Shown here one piece after another: positions 27,711-41,120 of a stretch of DNA of 64,000 nucleotides. The stretch spans positions 26,304,108 to 26,368,107 of the forward strand of contig JARDVH010000146.1 of assembly GCA_030324005.1 (NCBI GenBank). Direction: 5' to 3'. The notes under the pieces were generated by a model that worked only from the letters and a program-made list of their open reading frames with translations, made no database searches and had not been told where the DNA came from. The DNA is from Negaprion brevirostris. Its lineage: Eukaryota. The position numbers and the translations under genes are program-made. The stretch's first letter is position 1, and every line of letters begins with the position of its first letter.

Positions 27711-28053
27711 GGGCAGCACAGTGGTTAGCACTGCTGCCTCACAGCATCAGGGCCTGGGTTTGATTCTGGCCTTGCGTGACTGTGTGCAGTTTGCATGTTC
27801 TCCCTGTGTCTGCACTGGTTTCCTCCAGTTTCCTCCCACAGTCCAAAGACGTGCAGGTTAGGTAGACTGGTCATGCTAAATTGCCCCTTAGTGTCCAAAG
27901 ATGTTAGGTTAGGTGGATTAGCCATGGTAAATGGCAGGATTGCAAAGATCAGGCAGGGGGGGTTGGTATGGCTGAAATGTTCTTTCCACGAGTTGGTGCA
28001 AACTTGAAGGGCCAAATGGCCTCCTCCTGCACTATAGGGATTCCATGGTTCTA
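27711..28053 (+). mobile_element. HE1-like tRNA-derived elasmobranch SINE, near full length
   Basis: ggcagcacagtggttagcactgctgcctcacagc head with B-box-like ggtttgattc; CR1-like tail aatggcctcctcctgcact. Confidence 0.85.
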
Positions 28054-29126
28054 CGCTGGTGAAGTGGAAGATTACAAATAATCATTTTATATATTAAGTT
28101 CAATTTGCAAATTAACGTTTTTACTCACCTACAAAGATTAAAACAAGTGTTTTTGACTTGTCACAATCATAGTTAAACAAATCCCCTCAGTGTAGCCAAT
28201 CTTTTTGATTCCACGATAAATGATAGATATTTTACTCAAAACCAAACATCCCAAAGGTTGATTATGGTGAACTTTGCCTATCAATTTAGAAGACCTATTT
28301 CATAGGTTGATATCAAAAGAACAGAACAATCAATACAACAGGGACTCAAGTCAGTGACAAAGAGTAAGGGATCCATGAACAAAAATATACTATTCTGAAT
28401 ATTATAATTCCATCAAATCATATGCCAGAACTGGGTCTTTACAATGACTTATCAACGTACTTGCTGTGAAAATTTCCCTTTGACTCGGGAACCAGGATTC
28501 AAATTGAGCCCAGATGGTTGGGAGGAAATTTTATTTTCCACATAGTTGTGGAGGTCCAAACTTAAATCAATTTGAGATTTCAATCATGTTAGAAGTGGAA
28601 AGGTACCCACAATTCAGAACTAAAGACAATGACAAAATACACTCAGGCAGAAGTGGAATGGAATGATTGCTCTGGTGGAATACAGTGGTTTTTGAGGTTG
28701 AACTCAAGGCAATGATTAGAATAATTAAGTGAGGGACACATCAATCTAGTCTAGACACAGCAATAGAATTTAGGAGGGAAAAAAACACTCTTAATAATGA
28801 CATAAAAACAGACTGAGCATCAGAAATGCTGGAAATTCATTTTAACGAAAACGTCTGCTCTTCAGTACTGTGCTGTACTGTGGAACAGAGGAAACAGATC
28901 AATTCACAAAGTTCAAATCAATGTATTTAAAATTTAGCAAAGTTGAATGTACAACTCTCCATTAAGTAATACATGGCCTTTCAGAACAGCTGTAAATTGT
29001 GCAGGGACTGTTCTTTACCTGTCAAAGTTTCAGGTAACTATTAACAACAGATTTATCCAAAGAAAATAAAACAGAAAAGCAACCCTAAAGTGTAGCAGCA
29101 TCGGTTGTCCAAGGAGCTCTGCTTAC

Positions 29127-29135
29127 CTCGGCATT
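29127..29135 (-). CDS. MACF1: Candidate 9-nt MACF1 microexon (AATGCCGAG, Asn-Ala-Glu)
   Basis: Minus strand reads catctcattag|AATGCCGAG|gtaagc; phase 0-0 between ...SQSAQ and FHDK..., where I recall a 3-aa optional insert in mammalian MACF1 isoforms. Confidence 0.65.
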
Positions 29136-30033
29136 CTAATGAGATGTGATGAACACAACAATTAAACACAACGTAGCAGGAGATGTCGGCAAACAAACAT
29201 TTAATTCCACGAGGTGAGCGGAATGGAAAACAAATGACATGTTAATATGAGAACACTATGATGGAGTAACATGAGGGAATGCATTGAACAAGACAAATAT
29301 GGAAGGGAAACACTTCACAAACATTACTTTGTTTTGCCATAGCGTTTTTGTTTTTGGAAAGAACTCTGTGTGTGCCATAATATTATTTTAATTCTGTTGC
29401 ACTGGTCTCTTCCTCCATTTTGCTTCAATTGCTCCTAATTCTGGCTAGAATACCATGTCAAACAGAACTATCGTTAATTTTTATCACCAACAATGATTAA
29501 TTGACTAGCTAGCGAGCATGCATCAATAGCCACTATATAAAGAAATGTGCCAATCTAAAGAAGCAAATGGACAATTCAATCCAACTGACAGTCATTTTGT
29601 TACAGCAAAGCAAAACAAAACATCATGTGCCTTGCAAAAGTAGTGAAATCCATCACATATATAGTAGACAACTTGAAAAACTTAAAGCAGGCACTCATCA
29701 AAAAAAAGTCACTGTTTTATTTGCTGGTCAATTATTCAGTGCAAATTATTGTCCCCATCTTATTTTATTACTGCCTTTAATGTTTCTGAAACTAAACACA
29801 CAAGTACAATAGCTCTAGCATACAGTGTGCCTCTCATTTTCAAAAAGCATTACTGATGTTGGTCAAGGAGATGTCTGTGACCTAGACTTGTCAGCACTCT
29901 GCAGAAGCAAGAAGTGATAGCTGTGGGGAGCTAAAANNNNNAGCTAAAAGGATAAAAAGTTTCCCTTTTAATAAAAAAAAATTAGCCTTAAACAAAACCT
30001 ATGCAAATATATACAGCTACAATCAAAGAGTAC

Positions 30034-30237
30034 CTGAGCAGACTGTGAAATGGCTTCATCCAATGCCAAAGCCCGCTGTCTTGCATCCTGTTTTATTTTA
30101 GCATAAAGTGCTTCAGCCGTGGTATATTTCTCATGAACCATTTTACCCTCATCAGGATTCAACACCATCAACTGAGGACCAATCTTCATCAACTTATCAA
30201 TATGGGGCTTGTGTTCCGAGATTGATTCACGAAGTTG
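30034..30237 (-). CDS. MACF1: MACF1 exon ([15 protein letters not shown]...AISQSAQ), 204 nt
   Basis: aacag / gtactc. Confidence 0.93.
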
Positions 30238-31421
30238 CTGTTATAAAACAATATATAGATTTCACAGTTAGGAAGAATGTCTAAGTACATTCTGGCGTAA
30301 GACAACATCATTTGTATTAGATGAAACATCATCACTCGGGCAAGCTCAACACTCCTGTGCCCAAACAGTGAGCCACACTCAAAGAGAGTCTGGGTTAGAA
30401 CAAGGCTATAATATTTAATCACTCGCAGTAGGTTATTTGGCACTTTGAACCTGCTTCATTTTCAATAAGATCATGACTGCATCTACTTCAGCTGCACATA
30501 CCCAAATTGAGTGATATGGGGACAATTCCCTTAATATCCAAGAAACTACCAAACTTTACCTGGCCTGGAATTTACTGATGAACGTAAAGTTTCCTGAGGC
30601 AGAGAATTCCTAATGTTCACAGCATTTTTAGAGCTGAAGAAGCTCTGGGGATCATTTAGACTCAAAACATTGGCACTATTCTCAATATATCCACTATGGG
30701 GATATGTATACATATAGATTTTACATATATTAATTGGGCTGTAAACTGGCTGGGTTGCCCAGGTTTTGGCAGCTACAGTGAGACGAGGTCAGCCTCATAG
30801 GCACTTCTTACAGATCATACAAAGAAAAAGTGCTTGCTCTTGCAAGCTCACCCTCTCAACCTTATAAACCCATCACAGATACAGACATCCTATCAACCAT
30901 TCCCAACCTCTATGCTTTGGGATTGGGCCAATCCACTCTATCCCATTTCAGGGTCAGTGATTGAAACAACCGGATTCTGCAGCCTTTTGTTCAGTGTTCT
31001 TCACCTGACTGGAAGCTAAATCTGTCAGTTCAGCCAACCTCTGGGCAAGGAACCTGTCAGTGACGCAAGGCACATCATGGAGTTAAAACATAATAGCATG
31101 CAGCACAACACAAGCTCCAGGGTTTCCAATGTGCTGCCAGACCACATGCTTCAAGTGCCTCAGTTAGAATTCCTCCCTTTATGGCTGGTCTGATGTAATA
31201 CAGTCTCCTCTCCCCTTCATTGATTCATGGAAATACCATGCACAGTAGAAGTCCACAGACAACATATACAATTTCCTCATCCCCTGCTGATTATTTCAAT
31301 CCCAGTGTCATTTACTGGTGCCAATTGAGAATCTGGTTACCTGAAGTATACTGGAGGTATGTAAACACAAATGGTACTTAAAAGAAACAGGCCAAACTAC
31401 ACATTGTCCTTTTATCCTTAC

Positions 31422-31640
31422 CCTCATTTCTTCCTGTTGTAGTTTCAGCATCTCATGGTCAACAGCTGGTGGTGGGAGCTGTGTTATCAGAGTTCTGGTC
31501 TCGTCAAGCCATGGACATAGCTCCTCATATGTTTCCCAAAACTGGTTAATCAGGACTTGAGCCCGCTCTAATTGGGAGTACCTTTCAGTGTTCATCTGAC
31601 TGACTGTCTCGTACTGCTGCTGCAACAAGTCCATCTTCTC
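31422..31640 (-). CDS. MACF1: MACF1 exon (EKMDLLQQQY...QQEEMR), 219 nt
   Basis: catag / gtaagg; contains NQFWETYEEL. Confidence 0.93.
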
Positions 31641-31994
31641 CTATGTGGATTGTATACATATAGATGTACATATTTAAGATTGCAGCATAATAATTAAAAT
31701 CTCACTATTATTAAAAGAAGTTAACTGCAGGCAAATGGTTTGTTATTGGTGAGCTAGAACACATCAGCGTTATGATAGGACTGTCTTTAAAACATTTAAA
31801 GTCTAGACTGACAAATTTACATGAAATTTCTCTGAAATTGCAAGATTTCTGTATTACGGTCTGCAAGTAATGATTCATTTTGTGTCAGAAAAGTAAACAT
31901 ATAAATTCACACCATAATGTTATGAAATGGTACAATATGTAAACATGTATTCTGTTATAGTGGCTGGCCTTCTACAGAATTAAAGAAATAATAC

Positions 31995-32102
31995 CTGCAA
32001 CATAGTCTTCTGTTCATCACCACAATTACTCAAGATTTCTTCTTGAGTGTTGCTCAATTCATCTATGGAATCCTTGTGCCTTATGATATCTATTGAAAAG
32101 GC
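31995..32102 (-). CDS. MACF1: MACF1 exon (AFSIDIIRHKDS...QKTMLQ), 108 nt
   Basis: tttag / gtatta; read by hand. Confidence 0.92.
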
Positions 32103-32959
32103 CTAAAAACATTAAAGAAAAATTTGTAAAACATGAAATAAATTAACAATACTGTAAGTTCGCTAGTACACTTACTGTACATAGTGTGTAATAATCTCCA
32201 ATTTCTGGCCTCGACAGATTAAAATTAACTTTTATTTTATGTTAAAGTGATGGGCACAAAGTCATGGATGAATGAACCCTAGTTATATTAATAGAAATAA
32301 ATCAGAAGTTTTAGATAATCAGAAAATTGTACATTCTTTTTGCATGGTAAATTATGTGAATTTCAACATGAATCAGTCTATTTTGGGTCTACCGTACATA
32401 AACTGGTTTGTAAATGATATTTAAAATAAATTTCAGGCTTTGTATAAGAGCTACTAAGATGCGGACGTAAGCACCCAAAATAGGATTGAATTGTTATTTA
32501 AAAAGCTCAAACTCCCACTGGACATATGCAAGATTGGGATGAGCTCATTTGGTTCAAACGATAAAAAAAAAGTAAGTTTACAACCATCACCTATCATATA
32601 ACACATCAACTACCGCGTATGCATTATTAATATACTTGTACTCTATGGAGGGCTAGAGGGAAGAAATAAATTGTGCATAGTCTGCCAACTAACATATCTG
32701 CAAATAGTAAGTGCACGTAATTATATTAGCTTAAATTCCGCCTGCAGAATCTGACTTTATGTTGAATCCTAATCTTTTATTCACCATTGAAGTAGGCACA
32801 GAGATTAACTAATGCAAGGTAGCCTCGCTATTCTTTACAGATTTCAGACTAAACCTTAATTGGGAGATAATCTCCAGTCATTGGAGTCCTTCCCCCCACC
32901 ACTCACTTGTGTTGTGTATTGAGCCAAGTCTCAACAGTGAGGAAGAAAAGAAAAACTAC

Positions 32960-33133
32960 AATGCAGAGAGAGGCTATTTAGCCCATCAAGTCTGCACAGA
33001 CTCGCCGACACAGCATCACACCCAGGCTCTATCCCTGTAACCCCATGCATTTACCTCACTAATCCCGCTAACCTACACATCTTGGGACACTAAGGCAATT
33101 TAGCATGTGCACTTAACCTGCACATCTTTGGAC
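32960..33133 (-). mobile_element. HE1-like SINE 3' fragment
   Basis: Colinear with the 3' halves of the other copies. Confidence 0.75.
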
Positions 33134-33552
33134 TTCTCTGTGAGTTATGAACAAAATGTAAGGAATTAAACTATCTTAACAGAGGTGATTTGCCACACAA
33201 TTTTTTTCCCCTATAACTTCTATTAATGTTTCCTGAATGTTTCTTTTTGACTTGGTCAAGACACTATGATGGCCCATTGTTGCCATGGCCTTTGCACACG
33301 CTCTCAAGCCTCTCACACGCTATGTGCTGACTGGAAGGGAAACAGTTGCGAGAAAACTAATTAAAAAACAAGAAAGCAACCAAATCTTTTCAGAAGATTT
33401 AATATAGGATATGCAATAAACAAAATTGCACTGTGAAATGCATGCAGCACATGTTACAAATATTTTGTGCACAATGAAGTGCAGCATTTGTTTAAAGGCT
33501 ACCTAGGTAAATGGATATGAGTACTGCACCATATCATATACATCATTCCTAC

Positions 33553-33672
33553 CTTCTGCACCTGTAGTTGAGCTGTTGTCTGATCTTGTTCCAGCCTTAT
33601 TGGGCCCAAGGCTGTCAACTTTCGCATGGTTTCTGTTACCCAGGTAAGTTCGGAGTCAGCAGCCTGCTCATA
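33553..33672 (-). CDS. MACF1: MACF1 exon ([11 protein letters not shown]...AQLQVQK), 120 nt
   Basis: gctag / gtagga; read by hand. Confidence 0.92.
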
Positions 33673-34569
33673 CTAGCAGAAAGGAGAAGCAGCAAGGAGC
33701 ATTAAGGAAACAAAGCAGACACACAGCTGCGACAAAAACACATGGACAGAAACGAAACAGAACTGCAATTTGGAACACAGGTAGTGCCAGAAAAATTGAG
33801 TAAAACCACTTTGACTCTCAGTTAAAAAGTGTACTAGGTCATTGCTTAGAGTCGTTTCACAACTTTTTATAACAGTACACAAGGTCCACAGCTGCCGGTT
33901 GTTAAATAAAGGCCGTGTTTTGTTGCAAAGCACAGTAATACAGTGCTAAATTTAGTTTCATTTATTTTAATACAAGATGCTGGGAAGGATAATTACATTT
34001 AGCAATTTTTTTTAAATTTTGATTTAGTAAAAATAATGCAAATTAATTCTAAATTAAAACGAAATCTGGACATTCAAAATGTATCTTGTATACTGACACT
34101 GACTGTTTTGAATTGCAGATCAAAGGAATATACTTACTAGCACTCAAAACAGATTTGAATCATGTTTTACTGCATCAACCGTGGATGTTGCCAACAGGGT
34201 TAGATTTTGATTCCCAGTGAGGACAAGCAGGATAGGATAGAATAACGAATATGCAGCAATACTAAACATTATCCAAGAATTTAACCATCTCCTATGTAGC
34301 AATGTTTTAAACAAAAGAACATACTGAACTCAGCAGTGTGAGCAGTAATTATCTTAAGATTTTGATCTCTGTCTCAATTACCTGTATTTCATTTTGCAAG
34401 CATTTCAAACCCTGACAGCTGTGTAAAGTCATACCTCCTACATATGCTCCTCAACTTTACTGACGGTTTTACCTATTTATCCCATCAAAACATTCACAAC
34501 TTGAAAAAGCTTTATGTCACCTCTTCCTTGCCCTTTCTTCTTCAACATGCCTTAGCATAGCACACCTTA

Positions 34570-35040
34570 CCAAGGATATACTGATCCAGGAAGGAGTGGA
34601 GCATAGATTTTCCAGAATAATACCTGGACTCGAGGGCTAAATCAAAGGGAGATTACACAAGCTAGAGTTGTATTCCTTAACATTTAAGAAATTAAAAAAG
34701 TTAGTTGATATACTTTGTCAAGAATTTAAAAGGGAACTGATAAAGAGACTACTGTTGTTTGGGAAATATAGGGCTCAGACAAAGCATAAAGGTTAGAGCC
34801 AGGCTTTTCAGGGATGAAGTTAGGAAACAATTCTAAATGTCCAGTGTGGCAGAAATTCTGAACTTTTCTGCAAGTTGGGTCAGTTAATTTTAACTAGGAG
34901 ACAAACAGATTTTTGCTAGTCACAAATATTAAGGGAAATGAAGCACTGACAGGTACAGCAAACTAGATCACAGGTCAGCAGGCTCTCACTGAATGGTGGA
35001 ATAGGCTTGAGGAGTTAAATGATCTGCTTGTGCTCCTATA
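34570..35040 (+). mobile_element. Degraded CR1 3' fragment
   Basis: ccaaggatatac...agattttccagaataatacctgga and CR1-like tail. Confidence 0.65.
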
Positions 35041-36489
35041 ACCTCAGAGCTCTAGTGACTTATTTGAAATTTTCATGCCTTTTAGTACAATGCTTGTCAT
35101 TTATATTAAATAGCCTGCTCTGATCTGAATATGAGTGTACTTTCTTGTGAATCCTAATGAAGAAACAGGAGTTGGAAAAGGAAGCAGTTTTTCTTTGTCA
35201 GCTGTCCACACTGGTTCATGTTTATCCATATTGAATTTGAGAGGATTAAAGTTTTGAGGATACATTTGACATTGCAAAATCAAACAGTTAACACAATATA
35301 GGGTCAGGGTTATTTAAATTTCTTGTAAGATGTCAAAAGTAGCANNNNNNNNNNNNNNNNNNNNNNNNNNNNNNNNNNNNNNNNNNNNNNNNNNNNNNNN
35401 NNNNNNNNNNNNNNNNNNNNNNNNNNNNNNNNNNNNNNNNNNNNCAAAAGTAGCAATCAGAATACATCAGATGTTGAGCATTTGGAATGGACTTTAATAG
35501 TTGCAAACTAGCCCAGGCCCTGCTGCAGAATGAAAAGAGTTGTTTCGTTCGTACCATTAAAAATGTAACAGTATACGTTACCTTCCATTACTGAGGGCCA
35601 TTGCATGGCAAATTCATAATAAAACACTGCAAAGATGTTAATTTTGGAACCCATATTTCATTCATCAGCAGCTTCAGAATGTTTCTATTTCAATCCTGTT
35701 AACATTTTCAAGCATGCAGAGGAAAGCGGAACAGGTGAATTTTGTTTGATGTGGCTCTTCAGAAGGTGAAAAACCACAAAGTTTGATAGTGGAGGAGTTA
35801 GCTACTGAAGAATCAGAAAGCTCTGGAAAGTGATGACAACACATAATACATAGAACATAGCTAAGTTTAACCCTTTTAGTGTTGCATATCGTTAACAGCA
35901 TTCTACTAGCCAAGTTTCCCATTTATATTTATTTTTCAGCCTTAATCTGCAAAATTGTATTTGAAAAAGAAAGAAAAATTGAAGAATTATCAACACTCTC
36001 CAATGGAAAACTTGCATCAAAAATGTTTCTTTGTATCTCAAAAATGATATCCTTAAAGGGTTAAACATTAAAGAACTTCTAACAAGTAAGTTAGGCAAAG
36101 CACACTTTACAGCAACTAGGTACAGCAACAGTTTGACCCTGTTTCCTCAGGGCAGTGCCTTCACCGAAGAGTCAGTGAACAGCTGTCACTTATTTTGACT
36201 GAAACAGGCACAATATGCATACCTGTTCTTTCTGTCTGCAAATAACAAGGCACTGTGTAATAATATGTAGTTTCCAGTAGATGCAAATATGTCACATTGT
36301 GAGCCTGACTGATGATCTTATATTGGCTATTGGCATAATTCTTTGCAAACTGAGGATCATTGTTTACAAATCAAGTGCAGATGAAAAGCTTCAACATGTC
36401 CCTTTTTTCAGCAATACTCAAGTTCTGTACTACCAAATAATTATCTCAAACTAAACCATGCGGAGTTAAACTGTGATATGGACTTTTAA

Positions 36490-37240
36490 AAAGTTCAGCA
36501 TAATCTCTTGCCCTTTTAATAATAAAGCTCTGAATATGATATGCTCTGTTAATTGGTCTCTCAACTTGTCCTGCCATCCTCAATGATCTACGCACACATA
36601 CATTCAGATCCCTCTGCCGATGCATCTCTAAGAATGACAGCCCTCATTTTATACTGCCTGTCCATGCTCTTCCTTCTAAAATGCATCACCTCACACTTCT
36701 CATTAAACTTCATCTGCCATCTATCTGCCCGCTCTCTGTCCTTTTTAAGTTCTACACATTCTTTCACAGTTTACAATACTTGCAAGTTTTATATCATCTG
36801 CAAACTTTGAAATTATCCCCTGCATATTAAGGTGTAGATCATTAACATATGTCAGAAGAAGCAAGGGTCCCAATATCAATCCTAGAGAACACTATTACAA
36901 ACCTTTCTCCAACCTGAAAAATATCCATTGACCATTCTTGGTTTTCTATTATTCAGCCAGTTTTGTATTCACATTGTCCCTTTTATTCCATCAGCTATAA
37001 TTTCTCACAGGTCTGTTGTGTGGTATCGTATCAAATGTCTTTTTGAAAGTCTACGTGCACTACATTAGCAGCATTATCCTCACTGATCCTTTCCGTTTCC
37101 TCTTCAAAAAACTCCAGCAAGTTGATAAAATATGATTTTAACTTCTGGAAATTTATGCTGGTTCTTCCTAATCAATCCACGTTTTTCCATGTGAACTGCT
37201 AATTCCATCCTAAATGATTGTTTTAGAAGCTTGCCCCCCC
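36490..37240 (-). mobile_element. Degraded CR1 RT fragment
   Basis: atatcatctgcaaactt (reverse FADD), GLIRKNQH. Confidence 0.75.
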
Positions 37241-38320
37241 TGATTGCAAAGTAAGAAGTTGTCAGTATTTGAGACCAATAGAATATGGAGTCAAAATATC
37301 TGTTAAGGATCAAACATATTCTTTTTGAATGCATAACTGTCATTATACATGATAATATTTTCCCTTTGGATGTTCACAATTATCTTAGAAAACTGATACA
37401 ATTGACAGGTTATATTGGCATTTATGTTACTAAAAAGTATAGAATGGTTTTTAGATAAGTTTTCTCCTCTTTCTTGGATGTCTTTACATAATAATTAAAT
37501 TTTGGCTCAGAGTATACAGTCCATTCTCTTATCCACACCAAAGCTAATCTGATAGTAGTGATTGAATGCAAAAAGAGTATACTCCTACTCATTTTCCTTT
37601 ATCTCTATAGAAAAGTGCCTAGTATAACTATTGTCCTTCCCTCTTTATTGTTTCTGAGAATCTTCATCCCAGGGTTCCATTACAAGTGTGTTCTAAGGAT
37701 TAGGATACAACTAATTTAATTTGATCACAAGTTTATAGTGGAGATTCTAAGATACAAAACATTATCCAATGTCTGGCCTGTCCAATATTGTGCCTATTGC
37801 AACTGGTTAATGCACACCTTCTATAAAAGTGTTCAAATATTTCATCTTTGTGGGCTAATTAGGTGTATATAATGTTCCATGTGTCATCTATAAATTTTAA
37901 ATCAGTGTTCTCATTAATCTGCAGATATTTCAAGTTGCTGATATTTGGAGGTGTGACTTAGGATTTATCCACTCATGAGGTAACCAATACAGATCTACAA
38001 ACTTTCAACACAATAAACAAATGAGCAAGTAGTACAGGACTGAATGGAAAGGAATTGCCTCGACTTCTTCAGCCAGATCTCCAGGGCTCATGGGCCAGAC
38101 TTCTTGGAGTTCACTGGTCAGGCAGGTTATAATTTGGACAACCCTGCTTTTCAAACGTTATTGTTATAAACATTAGTTTGCAATCCTTGCTCTTACTTGT
38201 TTCCCTAACTGGCGTTTGTATTATGGCAACACCACATACATTTCAGAACAGCTGGATATGCTTTGTTAATAGGCTAAAACCATTACACAAACACATCTAC
38301 ATGTGTTTGAGAAAATCTAC

Positions 38321-38527
38321 CTGTTGTGATCTCTGAATGGCAGCATCTATTGCTTCAACTTTCTGCGTTACAGTGTCGCTGACAGTTTTGTATCGCTCGT
38401 TGGCTTCTGCCACCTGCCGATCCAGACCTTCTCGTGCTCTCCACGGCACTAATTCCAGCAGTGCATTGCTCACTTCATTAATTGTGTCCAGAACTAGCCG
38501 GTATTCCATCACTTCCTTCTTCAACTC
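38321..38527 (-). CDS. MACF1: MACF1 exon (ELKKEVMEY...AIQRSQQ), 207 nt
   Basis: tccag / gtagat. Confidence 0.93.
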
Positions 38528-38691
38528 CTGGATGTTAAGATTAGGAGCTTAATATTCAGTCAACCATACATGTCTGCAGTAATTTACCAAACATATCAGA
38601 TGATAAGAACAATAAAATGTGAATGTTATTCCATTTTCTTCCTTTCCTAGCTCATTTTTGCCGACTCTAGATGCCTGACCTCTCTGCTTAC

Positions 38692-38933
38692 CTTTTGTCT
38701 TTCATGCACCTGTGGAATCTGTTCTCCAATTGGTGACTGTGGAGTGCTTGCAGCAAGTTCAGCCTCCACAAAATCAAGCCAGCCACACAGTTCCTCATTA
38801 AAGGCCTGGAATTTTGTTGCAAGCTGCAGAACCTGCTCTAAGGTTTTCAGTGCCCTGGAACTGGAAGAAGTAATTTCCGCATAACGACTCTTAATACCAT
38901 CCAATTTCTCCTGAATTATTATTACTTCTTCAC
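38692..38933 (-). CDS. MACF1: MACF1 exon (EEVIIIQEKLDGIK...HERQK), 242 nt, phase 1-0
   Basis: cctcag / gtaagc. Confidence 0.93.
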
Positions 38934-39554
38934 CTGAGGAAATGAAATATCAGTGAAGGAAATATTGAACAGATATGCACAATAAAATAGGAATATCTTA
39001 ACATTTAAACAAGAACATGTCAAGAACTACAAAAGTCTTAGCTTTTTATTGGAACTTGATTGGACATTCCATTCAAAAAAGGACGAAAATCTCCAGTTTG
39101 AAGAACTGTAAAATTACGACTGTAAATACCTGTGAAAGGATTTTGCTTCGCCTGTGAGACTAATTTGCAAACCATCCATTCAAACTTGTTCAAACATCCA
39201 TTCATCTAACTTAGTAAATCCAAAATTCTGAAATATACCTTTTTTTAAAATTAATTGAATGTTTCAAAAGTCGTCTGCTGGTACAATACATTTAAAAACC
39301 ACGAATGGTAAATACACATCAAGTTCCATAAATAGCGTTTAAATAAACATCAATGAATGTTAATGGTGATATTTTGCTTTACTTAAGTGATTGCACGAAG
39401 AAGTGAACATCTCCATTAAACCACACTTGCTCAGAAATGTTGGTGGAAACACAAAAATAATTGCTAACGCTATGACAATGACCTAGTCAGATTATAGTAT
39501 GATTTCAACATATTTTGTGTTATACGAAGGATACAAATAACAAGGATTAAAAAA

Positions 39555-40340
39555 AAATTATCCTGGCAATAAGCCCTCAACATGGTATTTAGGGTCTGTT
39601 GCCAACTTTCCAGTGCTGTCTGGGATTCAAGATGGTACACACTCAATGTAAAGTGTCTGATGCTTAAACTATCCATGGCCTCCTTAAAAAATTTAGCAGT
39701 AAAATTGGTCTGACTGAATCTCCCTGGGTAATCCATAATGGGTAAAGAAAGCGAGCAACTCCTCCATAACCTTTTTTATCTTGACATTCTGTAATGGAGT
39801 TGCCTCTATAAATCTGACACATCCATTACGGTTATCAAATACTGGTTCCCACTTCTGGTTTTAGGGAGGGGACCTACGCAATCAATTATAACCCGTGTAA
39901 AAGGTTCTTCAAATGTGGGAACTGACATCAAAGATGCTAGTTTATCACTGCTTGTGGCTTTTCTACCATCTAACACGTATGACAGATCTGACAAAATTCA
40001 ACCACATTGTTATGTAATCCAGCTGAATAAAAATACTTCCGTGTCTTAGCCTGAGTTTTCCTCACTCCTAGATGTGGTCCTATAGGTTATGTGTGTGCCA
40101 CTCGCAATACTTCCAGTCTACGTTGCTGGTAGAATACAATCTGGTGGACTTGTGCCCATTTTTCATCTGTGCTAACTACCAAGGTCTCCAGATCCTTAAG
40201 ACTTTATCCTTGAGATAATAGCATTCTGGGATACACTCATTCCTTTTCTGAGTAGGCTTTATGATACAAATCTTTTATTGTCTGATCTTGCTACTGTAAC
40301 TCCATTAATTTTTCAGAACCACATACCTCTGCTTGTTCCT
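39555..40340 (-). mobile_element. Same Gypsy element, integrase part (3' truncated)
   Basis: HLGVRKT zinc-finger region, EPFTRVIIDCVGPLPKTRSGNQYLITVMD, GLPREIQSDQ and YHLESQTALE motifs; frameshifted. Confidence 0.85.
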
Positions 40341-41120
40341 AACAGCAAAATAGACTATTATTTAAATGGTAAAAAAAATTGCAGCATGCTGCTGTGCGGA
40401 GGGGCCTAGGTGTCCTTCTGCAAGAACTACAAGGAGTTGGTCGCAGGTACGGCAGGTAATTAAGAAGGCAAATGGAATTTTGTCCTTCATTGCTAGAGGG
40501 ATGGAGTTTAAAAACAGCGAGGTTATGTTGCAGCTATACAAGGTGCTGGTGAGGCCACACCTAGAGTACTACGTAGAGTTTTGGTCTCCTTACTTGAGAA
40601 AGGATACACTAGCACTGGAGGCAGTGCAGAGGAGATTTGCGAGGTTGATTCCAGAGTTGAGAGGGTTGGCTTATGAGGAGAGACTGAGTAGACTGGGGCT
40701 AAACTCATTGGAGTTCAGAAGAATGTGGACAGATCTTACAGAACATTTAAGATTATGAAGGGAATAGATATGATAGAAGCAGGGAAGTTGTTTCCACTGG
40801 TGGGTGAAACTCGAACTAGAGGGCATGGCCTCAAAATAAGCAGGAGCAGATTTAGGACTCAGTTGGGGAGGAACTTCTTCACACAAAGGCTCGTGAATCT
40901 ATGGAATTCCCTGCCCATGAAGCAGTTGAGGCTATCTCATTGAATGTTTTTAAGGCAAGGATAGATAAATTTTTGAACAGTAAGGGAATTAAGGGTTGTG
41001 GTGAGCAGACAGATAAGTGGAGCTGAGTCCACGAAAAGATCAGCCATGATCTTACTGAATGGCGGAGGAGGCTTGAGGGGCCAGGTGGCCTACTCCTGCT
41101 CCTAGTTCTTATGTTCTTAT
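40341..41120 (+). mobile_element. CR1-type LINE 3' fragment (copy 1)
   Basis: LYKVLVRPHLEY...LEAVQRRF...YEERL, RNFFTQR.VNLWNSLP and a (GTTCTTAT)n tail. Confidence 0.9.

Noticed and set aside
27711-27780. tRNA-like A/B boxes at SINE heads
   Set aside because: They continue into SINE bodies and lack a full cloverleaf; not tRNA genes.
35334-35455. CAAAAGTAGCA repeated on both sides of a 100-N gap
   Set aside because: Most likely unmerged contig overlap; cannot be told from a target-site duplication without reads.
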